A stretch of 32,000 nt of DNA, taken from the NCBI RefSeq assembly GCF_047159375.1, contig NZ_AP031381.1:150001-182000 (forward strand). The letters are read 5' to 3'. The notes under the pieces are model-generated. The model saw nothing but the letters and a program-made list of their open reading frames with translations. It was not told the origin of the DNA and made no database searches. Positions 1-9,303 of the stretch are shown here, piece by piece. The translations under genes were made by a program, and so were the position numbers. Source of the DNA: Enterobacterales bacterium endosymbiont of Anomoneura mori (GTDB lineage: Bacteria > Pseudomonadota > Gammaproteobacteria > Enterobacterales > Enterobacteriaceae_A). Numbering within the stretch: position 1 is the stretch's first letter; each line of letters starts with the position of its first letter.

Positions 1-113
1 AAATACATTAAAAGATATATTAAATTGTCTTAAAATTAATAAATTTAAATAAATTAATATTTTAAATTAAAATTATATTTATTTTATATTAATAATAAAA
101 ATTTAAAAAATTT

Positions 114-408
114 TGGAGTTGGCGGGATTTGAACCCGCGTCCGAAATTATTTATAATTTTAAATCTACATGTTTAGTCTTTTTTTTATTTATTAATTATA
201 TAAGACATAAAATTAATAATTAATATATAGAATAATAATTTTTTAAATATTTATATTTTTTATAATTATAATTTAAAATTTTTAAGCAGCTAAAGAATAA
301 GAATTATTTTTTTTTACATTTATTTAAATTTAGGTTTTTTAACGAGGCCAACCATTCCTCGACATGCTTTAAAAATATTCAAAATTTCGTCGAATCCAAA
401 ACAACCCC
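114..408 (-). ncRNA. ssrA: tmRNA (SsrA), reduced form of about 295 nt
   Basis: The reverse complement begins GGGGTTGTTTTGGATTCGACG (from 408 downward) and ends TTTCGGACGCGGGTTCAAATCCCGCCAACTCCA (to 114). These are the conserved tRNA-like acceptor and T-arm halves of enterobacterial tmRNA. Internally it has GCATGTCGAGGAATGGTTGGCCTCGTT (PK1 region) and a tag frame ending AAT AAT TCT TAT TCT TTA GCT GCT TAA (..NNSYSLAA stop). It lies directly downstream of smpB, as in E. coli. The 3' CCA is not encoded. Confidence 0.9.
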
Positions 409-429
409 AATAATAATATATATATTTTT

Positions 430-899
430 TTAATTTTTACAAGTATTTTTTAAAATAAGATTTTTTGTTTTTTTCCATTCACGATTTTTTATACTTATTC
501 TTTTATCATATTTTTTTTTACCTTTTGCTAAACCAATTTCTAATTTACTCCAATTTTTTTTCCAATATAAAGATATTGGTATTATAGTATATCCATCTTT
601 TTTAATTTTATTAAATAAAAATAATAATTCTTTTTTTTTTAATAATAATTGAATTAACGTTTTATTTTTTTTTTAAAAAAATTATTAATAGGTATAATAT
701 TACAATTTATTAAAAAAGCATTTAAATTATTTAATTTTATATAACTATTTTCAATATTTATTTTATTAAATCTTAATGATTTAACTTCCCAACCAAATAA
801 TGATAAACCTGCTTCAAATGTTTTTTCTATATAATATAAAAAATTTATTTTTTTATTATATACAATATAATTTAAATTAGCTTTTTTTTTATTAATCAT
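430..899 (-). pseudogene. smpB: SsrA-binding protein SmpB, reading frame broken inside a poly(A) tract (possibly rescued by slippage, or a homopolymer sequencing error)
   Basis: The ORF track gives only an 81-aa N-terminal fragment (654..899) containing FEAGLSLFGWEVKSLR, the SmpB signature. My translation of the minus strand from about 672 to 430, in the frame offset by 1 nt, gives ..[64 protein letters not shown].. then a TAA stop at 430-432. This is the SmpB C-terminal half. Confidence 0.85.
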
Positions 900-932
900 T
901 ATAAATATTAATGAAAATAATAATTTAAATAT

Positions 933-2012
933 TTAATTAATACTTTTTAAAAAAATATACAATTTATTAATTTCATATTTCTTAAATAAAGGTTTTATTA
1001 TTATATCAAGATCTCCATTCATTATTTCTTCTAAACAATATAAATTTAAATTTATTCTATGATCTGTAATACGACTTTTTTGAAAATTATATGTTCTAAT
1101 TCTATCTGAACGTTCTCCAGTACCTAATAAATTTTTTCTTTCAATAGATATTTTTTTTTTACGTTTTGATAATTCTAATTTTTTAATTCTTGCAATTAAT
1201 ACTTCAAATGCTTTTGATTTATTTTTATGTTGTGATCTTTCATTTTGACATTCTACAACAATATTTGTTGGAATATGTGTTATTCTAACAGCTGAATCTG
1301 TTGTATTTACATGTTGTCCACCAGCACCAGATGATTTAAAAGTATCTATTTTAATATTATTTAAATTAATATTATTTATTTCTTTTTGAATAACTTCAGG
1401 TAATATTGCTATTGTACAAGTAGAAGTATGAATACGACCTTTTGATTCTGTTTCTGGAATTCTTTGAACTCTATGACCACCAGATTCAAATTTTAAATTT
1501 TCATATGCATTAAATCCAAAAATTTTTAAAATTATTTCTTTATAACCACCATATTCACATTTATTTATATTTATAATTTTAACATTCCATTTTTTAATTT
1601 CAAAATAATTTAAATACATTTTAAAAATTTTTTTTGAAAATAATGCTGCTTCATTACCACCTGTTCCAGCTCTAATTTCTAAAAAACAATTATTTTTTTT
1701 TTTTTTTTTAAATAAATATTTTAAAAATTTTTTTTCTAATTTTTTAATTTTTTTATTAATTTTAATTAATTCTTCAATAGCTAAATTATATAAATCATAA
1801 TCTTTTAATAAATTTAATATATTTATTAATTCTAATCTTATAATTTTCCAATTTATTAAAAAAAAATTAATATTTTTTATCTTTTTATATTCATTATTTA
1901 ATTTTTTTAAAATTATTTTATTATTAATTTTTTTAACATTATTAAAAATTATTTTTATTTTTTTATAATTTCTTCCTAAATTTTTAATTTTTTTAAAATT
2001 TATAGAATTCAT
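933..2012 (-). CDS. prfA: Peptide chain release factor 1
   Basis: 359 aa. It has the GGQ motif ([20 protein letters not shown]), the RF1-type PxT tripeptide ([17 protein letters not shown]) and [10 protein letters not shown]. It is collinear with E. coli RF1. Confidence 0.95.
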   Translation of the reverse strand: MNSINFKKIKNLGRNYKKIKIIFNNVKKINNKIILKKLNNEYKKIKNINFFLINWKIIRLELINILNLLKDYDLYNLAIEELIKINKKIKKLEKKFLKYLFKKKKKNNCFLEIRAGTGGNEAALFSKKIFKMYLNYFEIKKWNVKIININKCEYGGYKEIILKIFGFNAYENLKFESGGHRVQRIPETESKGRIHTSTCTIAILPEVIQKEINNINLNNIKIDTFKSSGAGGQHVNTTDSAVRITHIPTNIVVECQNERSQHKNKSKAFEVLIARIKKLELSKRKKKISIERKNLLGTGERSDRIRTYNFQKSRITDHRINLNLYCLEEIMNGDLDIIIKPLFKKYEINKLYIFLKSIN

Positions 2013-2075
2013 AATTTTATTTTTCCTTAAATATATTTAATAAAAAAATTTTTTTATATTAATATTTCTTAATTA

Positions 2076-2294
2076 TTAAGATATTCTAAAAATAATTCTA
2101 CCTTTATTTAAATTATATTTTGTAAATTCTACAATAACTTTATCCCCTGTTAAAATACGTATATAATTTTTTCTAATTTTTCCAGATATATATGTAGTAA
2201 TTATACTATCATTTTCTAATTTTACTCTAAACATAGCATTTGATAGCGTTTCAATTACTATTCCTTTCATTTCAATATTTTTAACTTTTGTCAT
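2076..2294 (-). CDS. infA: Translation initiation factor IF-1
   Basis: 72 aa, the same length as E. coli InfA, with an S1-like OB fold sequence ([43 protein letters not shown]). Confidence 0.95.
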   Translation of the reverse strand: MTKVKNIEMKGIVIETLSNAMFRVKLENDSIITTYISGKIRKNYIRILTGDKVIVEFTKYNLNKGRIIFRIS

Positions 2295-2584
2295 TTTATA
2301 CTTTAATATAAATATTTATAATATTTTATTTTATATTTAATTTTAATATAAAATATTTAAAATTAAAAATTTTAAATAATATAAATAATTAAATATTTAA
2401 AAATAATTAATATAAAAAATTATTAAAAAATTTATTATTTTTATTATAAATAAATAAATAATAAAAAATTAAATTATAAAAAAATATGTTTAAAAAAATT
2501 AAATATTTAATTTTATTTTTATTATTAAATTATTTTATTATAATATATAATATAAATTTAAAATAATTTAATAATATTAAATAT

Positions 2585-3886
2585 TTATTTAATAATTTTT
2601 ATTATTATTTTTTTTTTTATTAAAAAATTATTTTTTATATTAAAAACTCCAATAGCTGATATAAATTTATCATCATAAAATAATAAAGGAATTCTATTTC
2701 TTAACCATGGTGCAATACCTAATTCTTTCCATATTTTTTTAATATTACTTGAATATTTTTTACCAATAATATAATATAAACCTTTTAAAAAAAATTTAAT
2801 TTTAACTTTTTGATTTTTTTTAGGTGCTTGTAAAATATATCCATCTGTTTTACTAATTATTAATTTTCCAATATTATTAGGAAGTATTAAAGGTTCATTT
2901 AATGACCAATTCATAACAATATTTTTAATATTATACATATTAGGTAATAAATATATATAATTAGAATATCTATTAATTTGATAAATTTTACTTTTAATTT
3001 TTGGTTTTGCGTTTAAATTAGATAAAGCAATTTCATACCATATTGTTTTAATCATTTTTAAAGAAATTTTATTAATATTAAATTGATTTAACCAATATCT
3101 TATTAATAAAAAACATTTAAATAAAGAAATTTTTTTTAAATAATTAATAGATAATGCTTTTTTTTTATTTTGTATTTTAATTATTTTTTTTTTAAAAAAA
3201 TTATATATAATTTTTTCTTGATTAACACAAATAAAAATACTTTTTGAAATTGATAAAAAAAATTCTGGCCATCTTTTTTCAAGTAAAGGTAAAATTTTTA
3301 ATCTTAAATAATTTCTATCAAATTTAATATTATAATTACTATCATCTTCAATATATTTAATTTTATTTTCATAAACAAATTTTTTAATTATTTTTTTATT
3401 TATATTTAAAAATGGTCTTAATATATAAAAAAAATTTTTTTTTTTTAATGGCATACATGATAAACCAGATGGTCCACTACCTCTTTTTAAAGCTAAAAAA
3501 AATGTTTCACATTGATCTTGTAAATGATGTGCGAGTAATAAAATTTCATTTTTTAAAATTATTTTTTTAAAAATATTATAACGTAATTTTCTAGCATTTT
3601 CTTCTAAATTACTTTTTTTAGTTATGTTTACATTTTTAATAATTAATTTTATATTTCTTTCTTTACAAAATAAAGAACATTTTTTTTCCCAAATATTTGA
3701 ATTAATATTTAAATTATGATTAATATGTATAGCACGTAATTTAATATTTTTAAAATATTTTTTTTTTAAATAAAATAATATATGTAAAAGTGCACTTGAA
3801 TCTAAACCACCACTAAAAGCTATTAAATATTTTTTTCCATTTTTTATATTTTTAATAACTTCATTAATTAAATAATTGTTTTTCAT
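2585..3886 (-). CDS. tilS: tRNA(Ile)-lysidine synthase
   Basis: 433 aa. It has an N-terminal PP-loop (AFSGGLDSSAL), then HINHNL and LLLAHHLQDQCETFFL, typical of TilS/MesJ. Confidence 0.9.
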   Translation of the reverse strand: MKNNYLINEVIKNIKNGKKYLIAFSGGLDSSALLHILFYLKKKYFKNIKLRAIHINHNLNINSNIWEKKCSLFCKERNIKLIIKNVNITKKSNLEENARKLRYNIFKKIILKNEILLLAHHLQDQCETFFLALKRGSGPSGLSCMPLKKKNFFYILRPFLNINKKIIKKFVYENKIKYIEDDSNYNIKFDRNYLRLKILPLLEKRWPEFFLSISKSIFICVNQEKIIYNFFKKKIIKIQNKKKALSINYLKKISLFKCFLLIRYWLNQFNINKISLKMIKTIWYEIALSNLNAKPKIKSKIYQINRYSNYIYLLPNMYNIKNIVMNWSLNEPLILPNNIGKLIISKTDGYILQAPKKNQKVKIKFFLKGLYYIIGKKYSSNIKKIWKELGIAPWLRNRIPLLFYDDKFISAIGVFNIKNNFLIKKKIIIKIIK

Positions 3887-3978
3887 AATTTTAAAATATT
3901 TTATAAAAATATAAATAAAATATAAACTTTTTATTTTTAAATAATATAATTTTATAAAAATATTTTTATATAATTAAT

Positions 3979-4317
3979 TTATTTTTCAGATATTCTTTTA
4001 CATTCAATACATAATTCAGCAATAGGATTAATTTTTAAACGTTCAATATTTATTCTTTTTTCACACCACTCACAATTTCCAAATTTATCTTTTTTAATTT
4101 TTTTTAAAGTTTTCTCAATTTTTTTTAATAACTTATATTCTCTATCACTAAAAATTAATTTAAAATTATTTTCTTCTTCTTGAAATGCTCTATCCATTAA
4201 ATCTGGATAATTAATATTTTTAAAATAATTTTTTTTAAATTTTTTTTTTTTATTTATTATATCATTATACAAATTTATTAAAATTTTTTTAATATGTTTT
4301 AAATTTTCATTATTCAT
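3979..4317 (-). CDS. dksA: RNA polymerase-binding transcription factor DksA (N-terminally short, 112 aa)
   Basis: It has a C4 zinc finger (CEWC..17 aa..CIEC), the coiled-coil tip motif DxxDxA (DLMDRAFQEEE), and KKIEKTLKKI matching E. coli DksA. Confidence 0.85.
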   Translation of the reverse strand: MNNENLKHIKKILINLYNDIINKKKKFKKNYFKNINYPDLMDRAFQEEENNFKLIFSDREYKLLKKIEKTLKKIKKDKFGNCEWCEKRINIERLKINPIAELCIECKRISEK

Positions 4318-4425
4318 ATTTTTTTTTAATTTGTTTTAAAATTATTTAAAATTTAAAATAATTTAAATAATTATATAATTTTTAAATTATTTAATAAAAT
4401 ACATTATATATTAAATTATATATTT

Positions 4426-4453
4426 TTGCAAATTTATAAAATATTTATATATT
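4426..4453 (+). promoter_or_regulatory. Candidate sigma70-like promoter for dnaK (TTGCAA-N16-TATATT), coordinates approximate
   Basis: TTGCAA is one of the few G/C-containing hexamers in the dksA-dnaK spacer. TATATT follows 16 nt later, about 38 nt upstream of the dnaK ATG. -10-like strings are common by chance in this AT-rich DNA. Confidence 0.3.
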
Positions 4454-4491
4454 AATTAACATTATAAATTTTTTTAAAAGTATAAAAAAAA

Positions 4492-6393
4492 ATGGGAAAA
4501 ATTATAGGTATTGATTTAGGTACAACTAATTCATGTGTTGCAATAATGGAAAATAATAAAGCACATGTAATAGAAAACTCTGAAGGAGAACGTACTACAC
4601 CATCAATTATAGCATATACTCAAGACAATAAAATTTTAGTTGGACAACCAGCTAAACGTCAATCTATTACTAATCCTAAAAATACCTTTTTTGCTATTAA
4701 ACGTCTTATAGGAAGACGTTTTGATGATAAAGAAATAAAACGTGATCAAAAAAATATGCCATTTGATATAATTTCTTCAGAAAATGGTGATGTTTGGTTA
4801 AAAATAAAAAATAAAAAAATTGCACCACCTCAAATTTCTGCTGAAATATTAAAAAAAATGAAAAAAACTGCTGAAGATTATTTAGGTGAAAAAATTGATA
4901 AAGCTGTAATAACTGTTCCAGCATATTTTAATGATTTACAAAGACAAGCAACAAAAGACGCAGGAAGAATTGCTGGTTTAAAAGTAGAACGAATTATTAA
5001 TGAACCTACAGCTGCTGCTTTAGCATATGGTTTAGATAAAAAAATAGGAAATAGAACAATTGCTGTATATGATTTAGGTGGTGGAACTTTTGATATTTCA
5101 ATTATTGAAATTGATGAAGTAAATGGTGAAAAAACTTTTGAAGTTCTTTCTACTAATGGAGATACACATTTAGGTGGAGAAGATTTTGATAATAGATTAA
5201 TTAATTATTTAGTAGAAGAATTTAAAAAAACTCAATTTATTGATTTAAAAAAAGATTCTTTAGCAATGCAACGTTTAAAAGAATCTGCTGAAAAAGCAAA
5301 AATTGAATTATCTTCAACTCAACAAACTGAAATTAATTTACCTTATATAACTGCAGATGCAAATGGTCCTAAACATATGAATATAAAAATAACACGTGCA
5401 AAATTTGAATCACTTGTTGAAGATTTAATAAATCGTACAATTAAACCTTTAGAAATTGCTTTAAAAGATGCTAAAATAGAAATAAAAGATATTCAAGATG
5501 TTTTATTAGTTGGTGGACAAACTCGTATGCCAATGATTCAGAATAAAGTAGAAAATTTCTTTTTAAAAAAACCTAAAAAAGATATAAATCCAGATGAAGC
5601 AGTTGCTATTGGTGCAGCAGTTCAAGGAGGTGTTTTATCAGGTGATGTTAAAGATGTTTTATTATTAGATGTAACTCCTTTATCTTTAGGTATAGAAACA
5701 ATGGGAGGAGTAATGACTACTTTAATTAATAAAAATACTACAATACCTACTAAATATAGTCAAATTTTTTCAACTGCAGAAGATAATCAAAATGAAGTAA
5801 CAATACATATTTTACAAGGTGAAAGAAAAATAGCTAAAAATAATAAATCTTTAGGACAATTTAATCTTGATGGAATTAAATCAGCACCAAGAGGTACTCC
5901 ACAAATTGAAGTAACATTTGATATTGATGCTAATGGTATTCTTAATGTATCTGCAAAAGATAAAAATACTAAAAGAGAACAAAAAATAACTATTAAAGCA
6001 TCATCTGGACTAAAAGAATCAGAAATTAAAAAAATGATAAATGATGCAGAAATTAATTCTGAAATTGATCGTAAATTTGAAGAACTTGTACAAATTAAAA
6101 ATCAAGCTGATCATATAATTCATAATACTAAAAAACAATTATCTTCTGTAGGTGATAAATTACCAAAAGAAGATATTAAAAATATTGAAAATTCAATTAA
6201 AGAATTAGAGAAAGTAATTAAAAAAGATGATAAAATTGCTATTGAAAATAATATTGAATTAGTAATAAAAGCATCTGAAAAATTATTATCTTTATCAAAA
6301 GAAAATAATAAAAATTCTAATATAAATGATAATAAAAATAAAAAAGATGATATAGATAATGCAGAATTTGAAGAAGTAAAAGATAAAAAATAA
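4492..6393 (+). CDS. dnaK: Molecular chaperone DnaK (Hsp70)
   Basis: 633 aa. It has the Hsp70 signatures [23 protein letters not shown] and [11 protein letters not shown], and a C-terminal [10 protein letters not shown] as in E. coli. Confidence 0.98.
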   Translation: MGKIIGIDLGTTNSCVAIMENNKAHVIENSEGERTTPSIIAYTQDNKILVGQPAKRQSITNPKNTFFAIKRLIGRRFDDKEIKRDQKNMPFDIISSENGDVWLKIKNKKIAPPQISAEILKKMKKTAEDYLGEKIDKAVITVPAYFNDLQRQATKDAGRIAGLKVERIINEPTAAALAYGLDKKIGNRTIAVYDLGGGTFDISIIEIDEVNGEKTFEVLSTNGDTHLGGEDFDNRLINYLVEEFKKTQFIDLKKDSLAMQRLKESAEKAKIELSSTQQTEINLPYITADANGPKHMNIKITRAKFESLVEDLINRTIKPLEIALKDAKIEIKDIQDVLLVGGQTRMPMIQNKVENFFLKKPKKDINPDEAVAIGAAVQGGVLSGDVKDVLLLDVTPLSLGIETMGGVMTTLINKNTTIPTKYSQIFSTAEDNQNEVTIHILQGERKIAKNNKSLGQFNLDGIKSAPRGTPQIEVTFDIDANGILNVSAKDKNTKREQKITIKASSGLKESEIKKMINDAEINSEIDRKFEELVQIKNQADHIIHNTKKQLSSVGDKLPKEDIKNIENSIKELEKVIKKDDKIAIENNIELVIKASEKLLSLSKENNKNSNINDNKNKKDDIDNAEFEEVKDKK

Positions 6394-6415
6394 TTATTTT
6401 TATAAAATTTTAATT

Positions 6416-6453
6416 AAAAAAAAGAGTATAGAAAATCTATACTCATTTTTTTT
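6416..6453 (+). terminator. Hairpin plus T-tract in the dnaK-dnaJ spacer (intrinsic terminator or attenuator candidate)
   Basis: A perfect 9-bp stem, GAGTATAGA (6424-6432) with TCTATACTC (6436-6444), closes a 3-nt loop. It is followed by T8 (6446-6453) and preceded by A8 (6416-6423). The dnaJ SD (AAGGA) and ATG follow at 6465. The stem has only 3 G-C pairs. Confidence 0.55.
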
Positions 6454-6464
6454 AAGGAATTTAA

Positions 6465-7580
6465 ATGTCAAAAAAAGATTTTTATAAATTGCTTGGAGTA
6501 TCAAAATCTTCAAGTCAATTAGAAATAAAAAAAGCATATAAACGTTTAGCTATGAAATATCATCCAGATAGAAATAAACACAAAGATGCAGAAAATAAAT
6601 TTAAAGAAATAAAGGAAGCTTATGAAATTTTAAGTGATGAAAAAAAACGTTCTGCATATGATCAATATGGGCATAATGCCTTTGAACAATCTTATACTAG
6701 TAATAGTTTTACATATGAAACAAATTTTGGCGATATCTTTGGTGATGTTTTTGGTGATATGTTCGACAATAACTATGATCAAAATAATAATAAAGGTTCT
6801 GATTTAAAATATAATATAGAATTGAGTTTAGAAGAATCATTAAAAGGTATAAAAAAAGAAATTAAATTTCAAACTTTTGTAACATGTTTATATTGTAATG
6901 GTAAAGGAATTAAAAAAGGATATTCTACAATAAATTGTACTACATGTAATGGAGATGGACAAATTCAAATTAGAAGAGGATTTTTTACATTACAACAAAC
7001 ATGTTCAAAATGTAATGGAAAAGGAAAAATTATTAAAAATGTATGTAATATTTGTAAAGGTATAGGAAGAATTAAAAAAAATAAAAAACTTTTAATTAAA
7101 ATTCCATCTAATTTAAATAATGGAGATAATATTAAAATTTCAGGAGAAGGTGAAGCTGGAAAATACGGATCTTCATCTGGAGATTTATATATTCATATAA
7201 TAATAAAAGAACATTATATTTTTAAACGTAAAAATAACAATTTATATTGTGAAGTACCTATTGATTTTTTTACTGCATTATTAGGAGGAAAAATAAAAGT
7301 ACCAACTTTAAATGGTTATATTAATTTAAAAATACCATCTGAAACACAAACTGGAAAATTATTTAAAATAAAAGCAAAAGGAACAAAATTTTTAAATAAT
7401 ACGAACAAAGGAGATTTAATATATAAAATAATTATTGAAACTCCAATTAATTTAAATGATAATCAAAAAAAATTTTTTAATAATTTAAATAAATTAATTA
7501 ATATAAATAAAAACATGCCAAAAAGTAAAAAATTTTTTGAAAATATTAAAAAATTTTTAAATAATATAAAATTAAAATAA
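6465..7580 (+). CDS. dnaJ: Co-chaperone DnaJ (Hsp40)
   Basis: 371 aa. It has a J domain with HPD (YHPDRN), a G/F region ([13 protein letters not shown]) and four CxxCxGxG zinc-finger repeats. Confidence 0.97.
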   Translation: MSKKDFYKLLGVSKSSSQLEIKKAYKRLAMKYHPDRNKHKDAENKFKEIKEAYEILSDEKKRSAYDQYGHNAFEQSYTSNSFTYETNFGDIFGDVFGDMFDNNYDQNNNKGSDLKYNIELSLEESLKGIKKEIKFQTFVTCLYCNGKGIKKGYSTINCTTCNGDGQIQIRRGFFTLQQTCSKCNGKGKIIKNVCNICKGIGRIKKNKKLLIKIPSNLNNGDNIKISGEGEAGKYGSSSGDLYIHIIIKEHYIFKRKNNNLYCEVPIDFFTALLGGKIKVPTLNGYINLKIPSETQTGKLFKIKAKGTKFLNNTNKGDLIYKIIIETPINLNDNQKKFFNNLNKLININKNMPKSKKFFENIKKFLNNIKLK

Positions 7581-7584
7581 TTTT

Positions 7585-7642
7585 AAATTATTTAAAAATT
7601 TTTTAAATAATTTGTAAAATATTAAATCATTTTTAATATTTT
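7585..7642. repeat. Two AT-only inverted repeats in the convergent dnaJ/gnd spacer (possible weak bidirectional terminators)
   Basis: AAATTATTTAAAAA (7585-7598) pairs with TTTTTAAATAATTT (7600-7613). AAAATATTAAA (7616-7626) pairs with TTTAATATTTT (7632-7642) around loop TCATT. With no G-C pairs, such palindromes are expected fairly often by chance at this composition. Confidence 0.3.
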
Positions 7643-7662
7643 ATAAATTATTTTTAAATATT

Positions 7663-9072
7663 TTATTTTAACCATTCAGTATGAAAAAAACCTTTTTTAT
7701 CAATACGTTCATAAGTATGTGCACCAAAATAATCACGTTGAGCTTGAATTAAATTTGATGGTAAATTTAAATTTCTATAACTATCATAATAAGAAATTGA
7801 AATAGAAAAAATTGGTAAAGCAATACCTTTTTGTACTGCAAATGTAATTACATCACGTAATGAATTTTGATAATTGTTTAAAATATTATTAAAATATTTT
7901 GTTAATATAATATTATCAATTTCAGGATTTTCTATATATGAATTATATATATTTTGTAAAATTTTTGCTCGAATAATACAACCAGATCTAAAAATTTTAG
8001 ATATTTTACTATAATTTAAATTCCAATTATTTTTAATTGAAGCTTTTTTTAATTGTGAAAAACCTTGTGCATAAGAAATTATTTTGCTAAAATAAAGAGA
8101 TTTACGTATTTTTTCAATTAATTTTTTTTTATCTTTAATTTTATATACATATTTTTTTGGTCCAAATAATATTTTTGAAGCTTTTACACGTTGATCTTTC
8201 ATATAAGAAATGTATCTTAAAAAAACTGATTGTGTAATTAAACATAAAGGTTCTTCTAAATCTAATGCATTTTTACTCATCCATTTACCAGTTCCTTTAT
8301 TATATGCTTTATCTAATATAAAATCAATTAAATATTTATTTGAAATATCTTTTTTTATAAGAATTTTTTTTGTTATTTCTATTAAATAACTATTTAATTC
8401 TCCATCATTCCAAAATTTAAAAATTTCACTTATTTCTTTATTATTTAAATTTAAACCTTTTTTTAATATATAATAAGTTTCTGATATTAATTGCATATCA
8501 CTATATTCTATACCATTATGTATCATTTTTACATAATGTCCAGAACCATTTTTACCAATATAATCAACACAAGGTTCATTTTTATAATAAGCTGCTATTT
8601 TTTTAAAAATTGGAAAAACTAAATTATATGCTTCTATATCACCACCAGGCATTATTGCAGGTCCATTTAATGCACCTTCTTCACCTCCGGAAATACCAGC
8701 ACCAATATATAAAAATCCTTTTTTATTTAGTTCTTTATTTTGTTTAATACTATCTTTATAATATGTATTACCACAATCTATTATAATATCTTTTTTATCT
8801 AATAAATTTATTAATTTTTTTATCATATCATTTGTAGCTTTTCCAGATTTTATCATAAGAAAAATTCTTCTAGGTTTTATTATTGATTTTATAAAATTTT
8901 TTAATGTATAATATGGTTTTATATTTTTATTAGGATTTTCAAAAATAACTTTATTAGTTCTTTTTGAAGTTCTATTATATATTGAAACTGTATAACCATT
9001 TTTTTCAATATTTAAAGTTAAATTTTTTCCCATAATACCCATTCCAATAACACCAACTTGTTGTTTTAACAT
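7663..9072 (-). CDS. gnd: 6-phosphogluconate dehydrogenase, decarboxylating
   Basis: 469 aa. It has an N-terminal Rossmann motif ([13 protein letters not shown]), then [31 protein letters not shown] and [12 protein letters not shown]. Confidence 0.95.
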   Translation of the reverse strand: MLKQQVGVIGMGIMGKNLTLNIEKNGYTVSIYNRTSKRTNKVIFENPNKNIKPYYTLKNFIKSIIKPRRIFLMIKSGKATNDMIKKLINLLDKKDIIIDCGNTYYKDSIKQNKELNKKGFLYIGAGISGGEEGALNGPAIMPGGDIEAYNLVFPIFKKIAAYYKNEPCVDYIGKNGSGHYVKMIHNGIEYSDMQLISETYYILKKGLNLNNKEISEIFKFWNDGELNSYLIEITKKILIKKDISNKYLIDFILDKAYNKGTGKWMSKNALDLEEPLCLITQSVFLRYISYMKDQRVKASKILFGPKKYVYKIKDKKKLIEKIRKSLYFSKIISYAQGFSQLKKASIKNNWNLNYSKISKIFRSGCIIRAKILQNIYNSYIENPEIDNIILTKYFNNILNNYQNSLRDVITFAVQKGIALPIFSISISYYDSYRNLNLPSNLIQAQRDYFGAHTYERIDKKGFFHTEWLK

Positions 9073-9303
9073 TTTTTTAAATATCTCCTAATAATTTTAA
9101 AATATAAAAATTTTTATTTTTTAAAATATTATTTTTAAAAAAATATTTTTTAATTTTTATATTTATTTATAAATATAATAATTATTTTTAATGGAATTAT
9201 TAAAATCAATATTAAAAAAATTAATATATTAAGTATTAATTATAAAAAATTTTTAATACTTTTAATAATATTAGGGGAAAAACCATTTCGTGCAAAACAA
9301 ATA

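Noticed and set aside
1-33. Possible 3' end of a + strand gene (..KYIKRYIKLS then TAA) at the window edge
   Set aside because: Ten codons are too few to identify or even to call coding.
2486-2566. 26-codon ORF (MFKKIKYLILFLLLNYFIIIYNINLK) in the 290-bp infA-tilS spacer, resembling a small membrane peptide
   Set aside because: It has no SD and no conservation evidence available. The hydrophobic look follows from T-rich codons, and an ORF this short is plausible by chance. It is worth a look only if RNA-seq or Ribo-seq shows expression.
4706-4924. 72-aa ORF antisense to dnaK
   Set aside because: It lies entirely inside the highly conserved dnaK CDS on the opposite strand. Its Phe/Leu/Gln-rich low-complexity translation is the mirror of Lys/Glu-rich sense codons, which makes it a shadow ORF.
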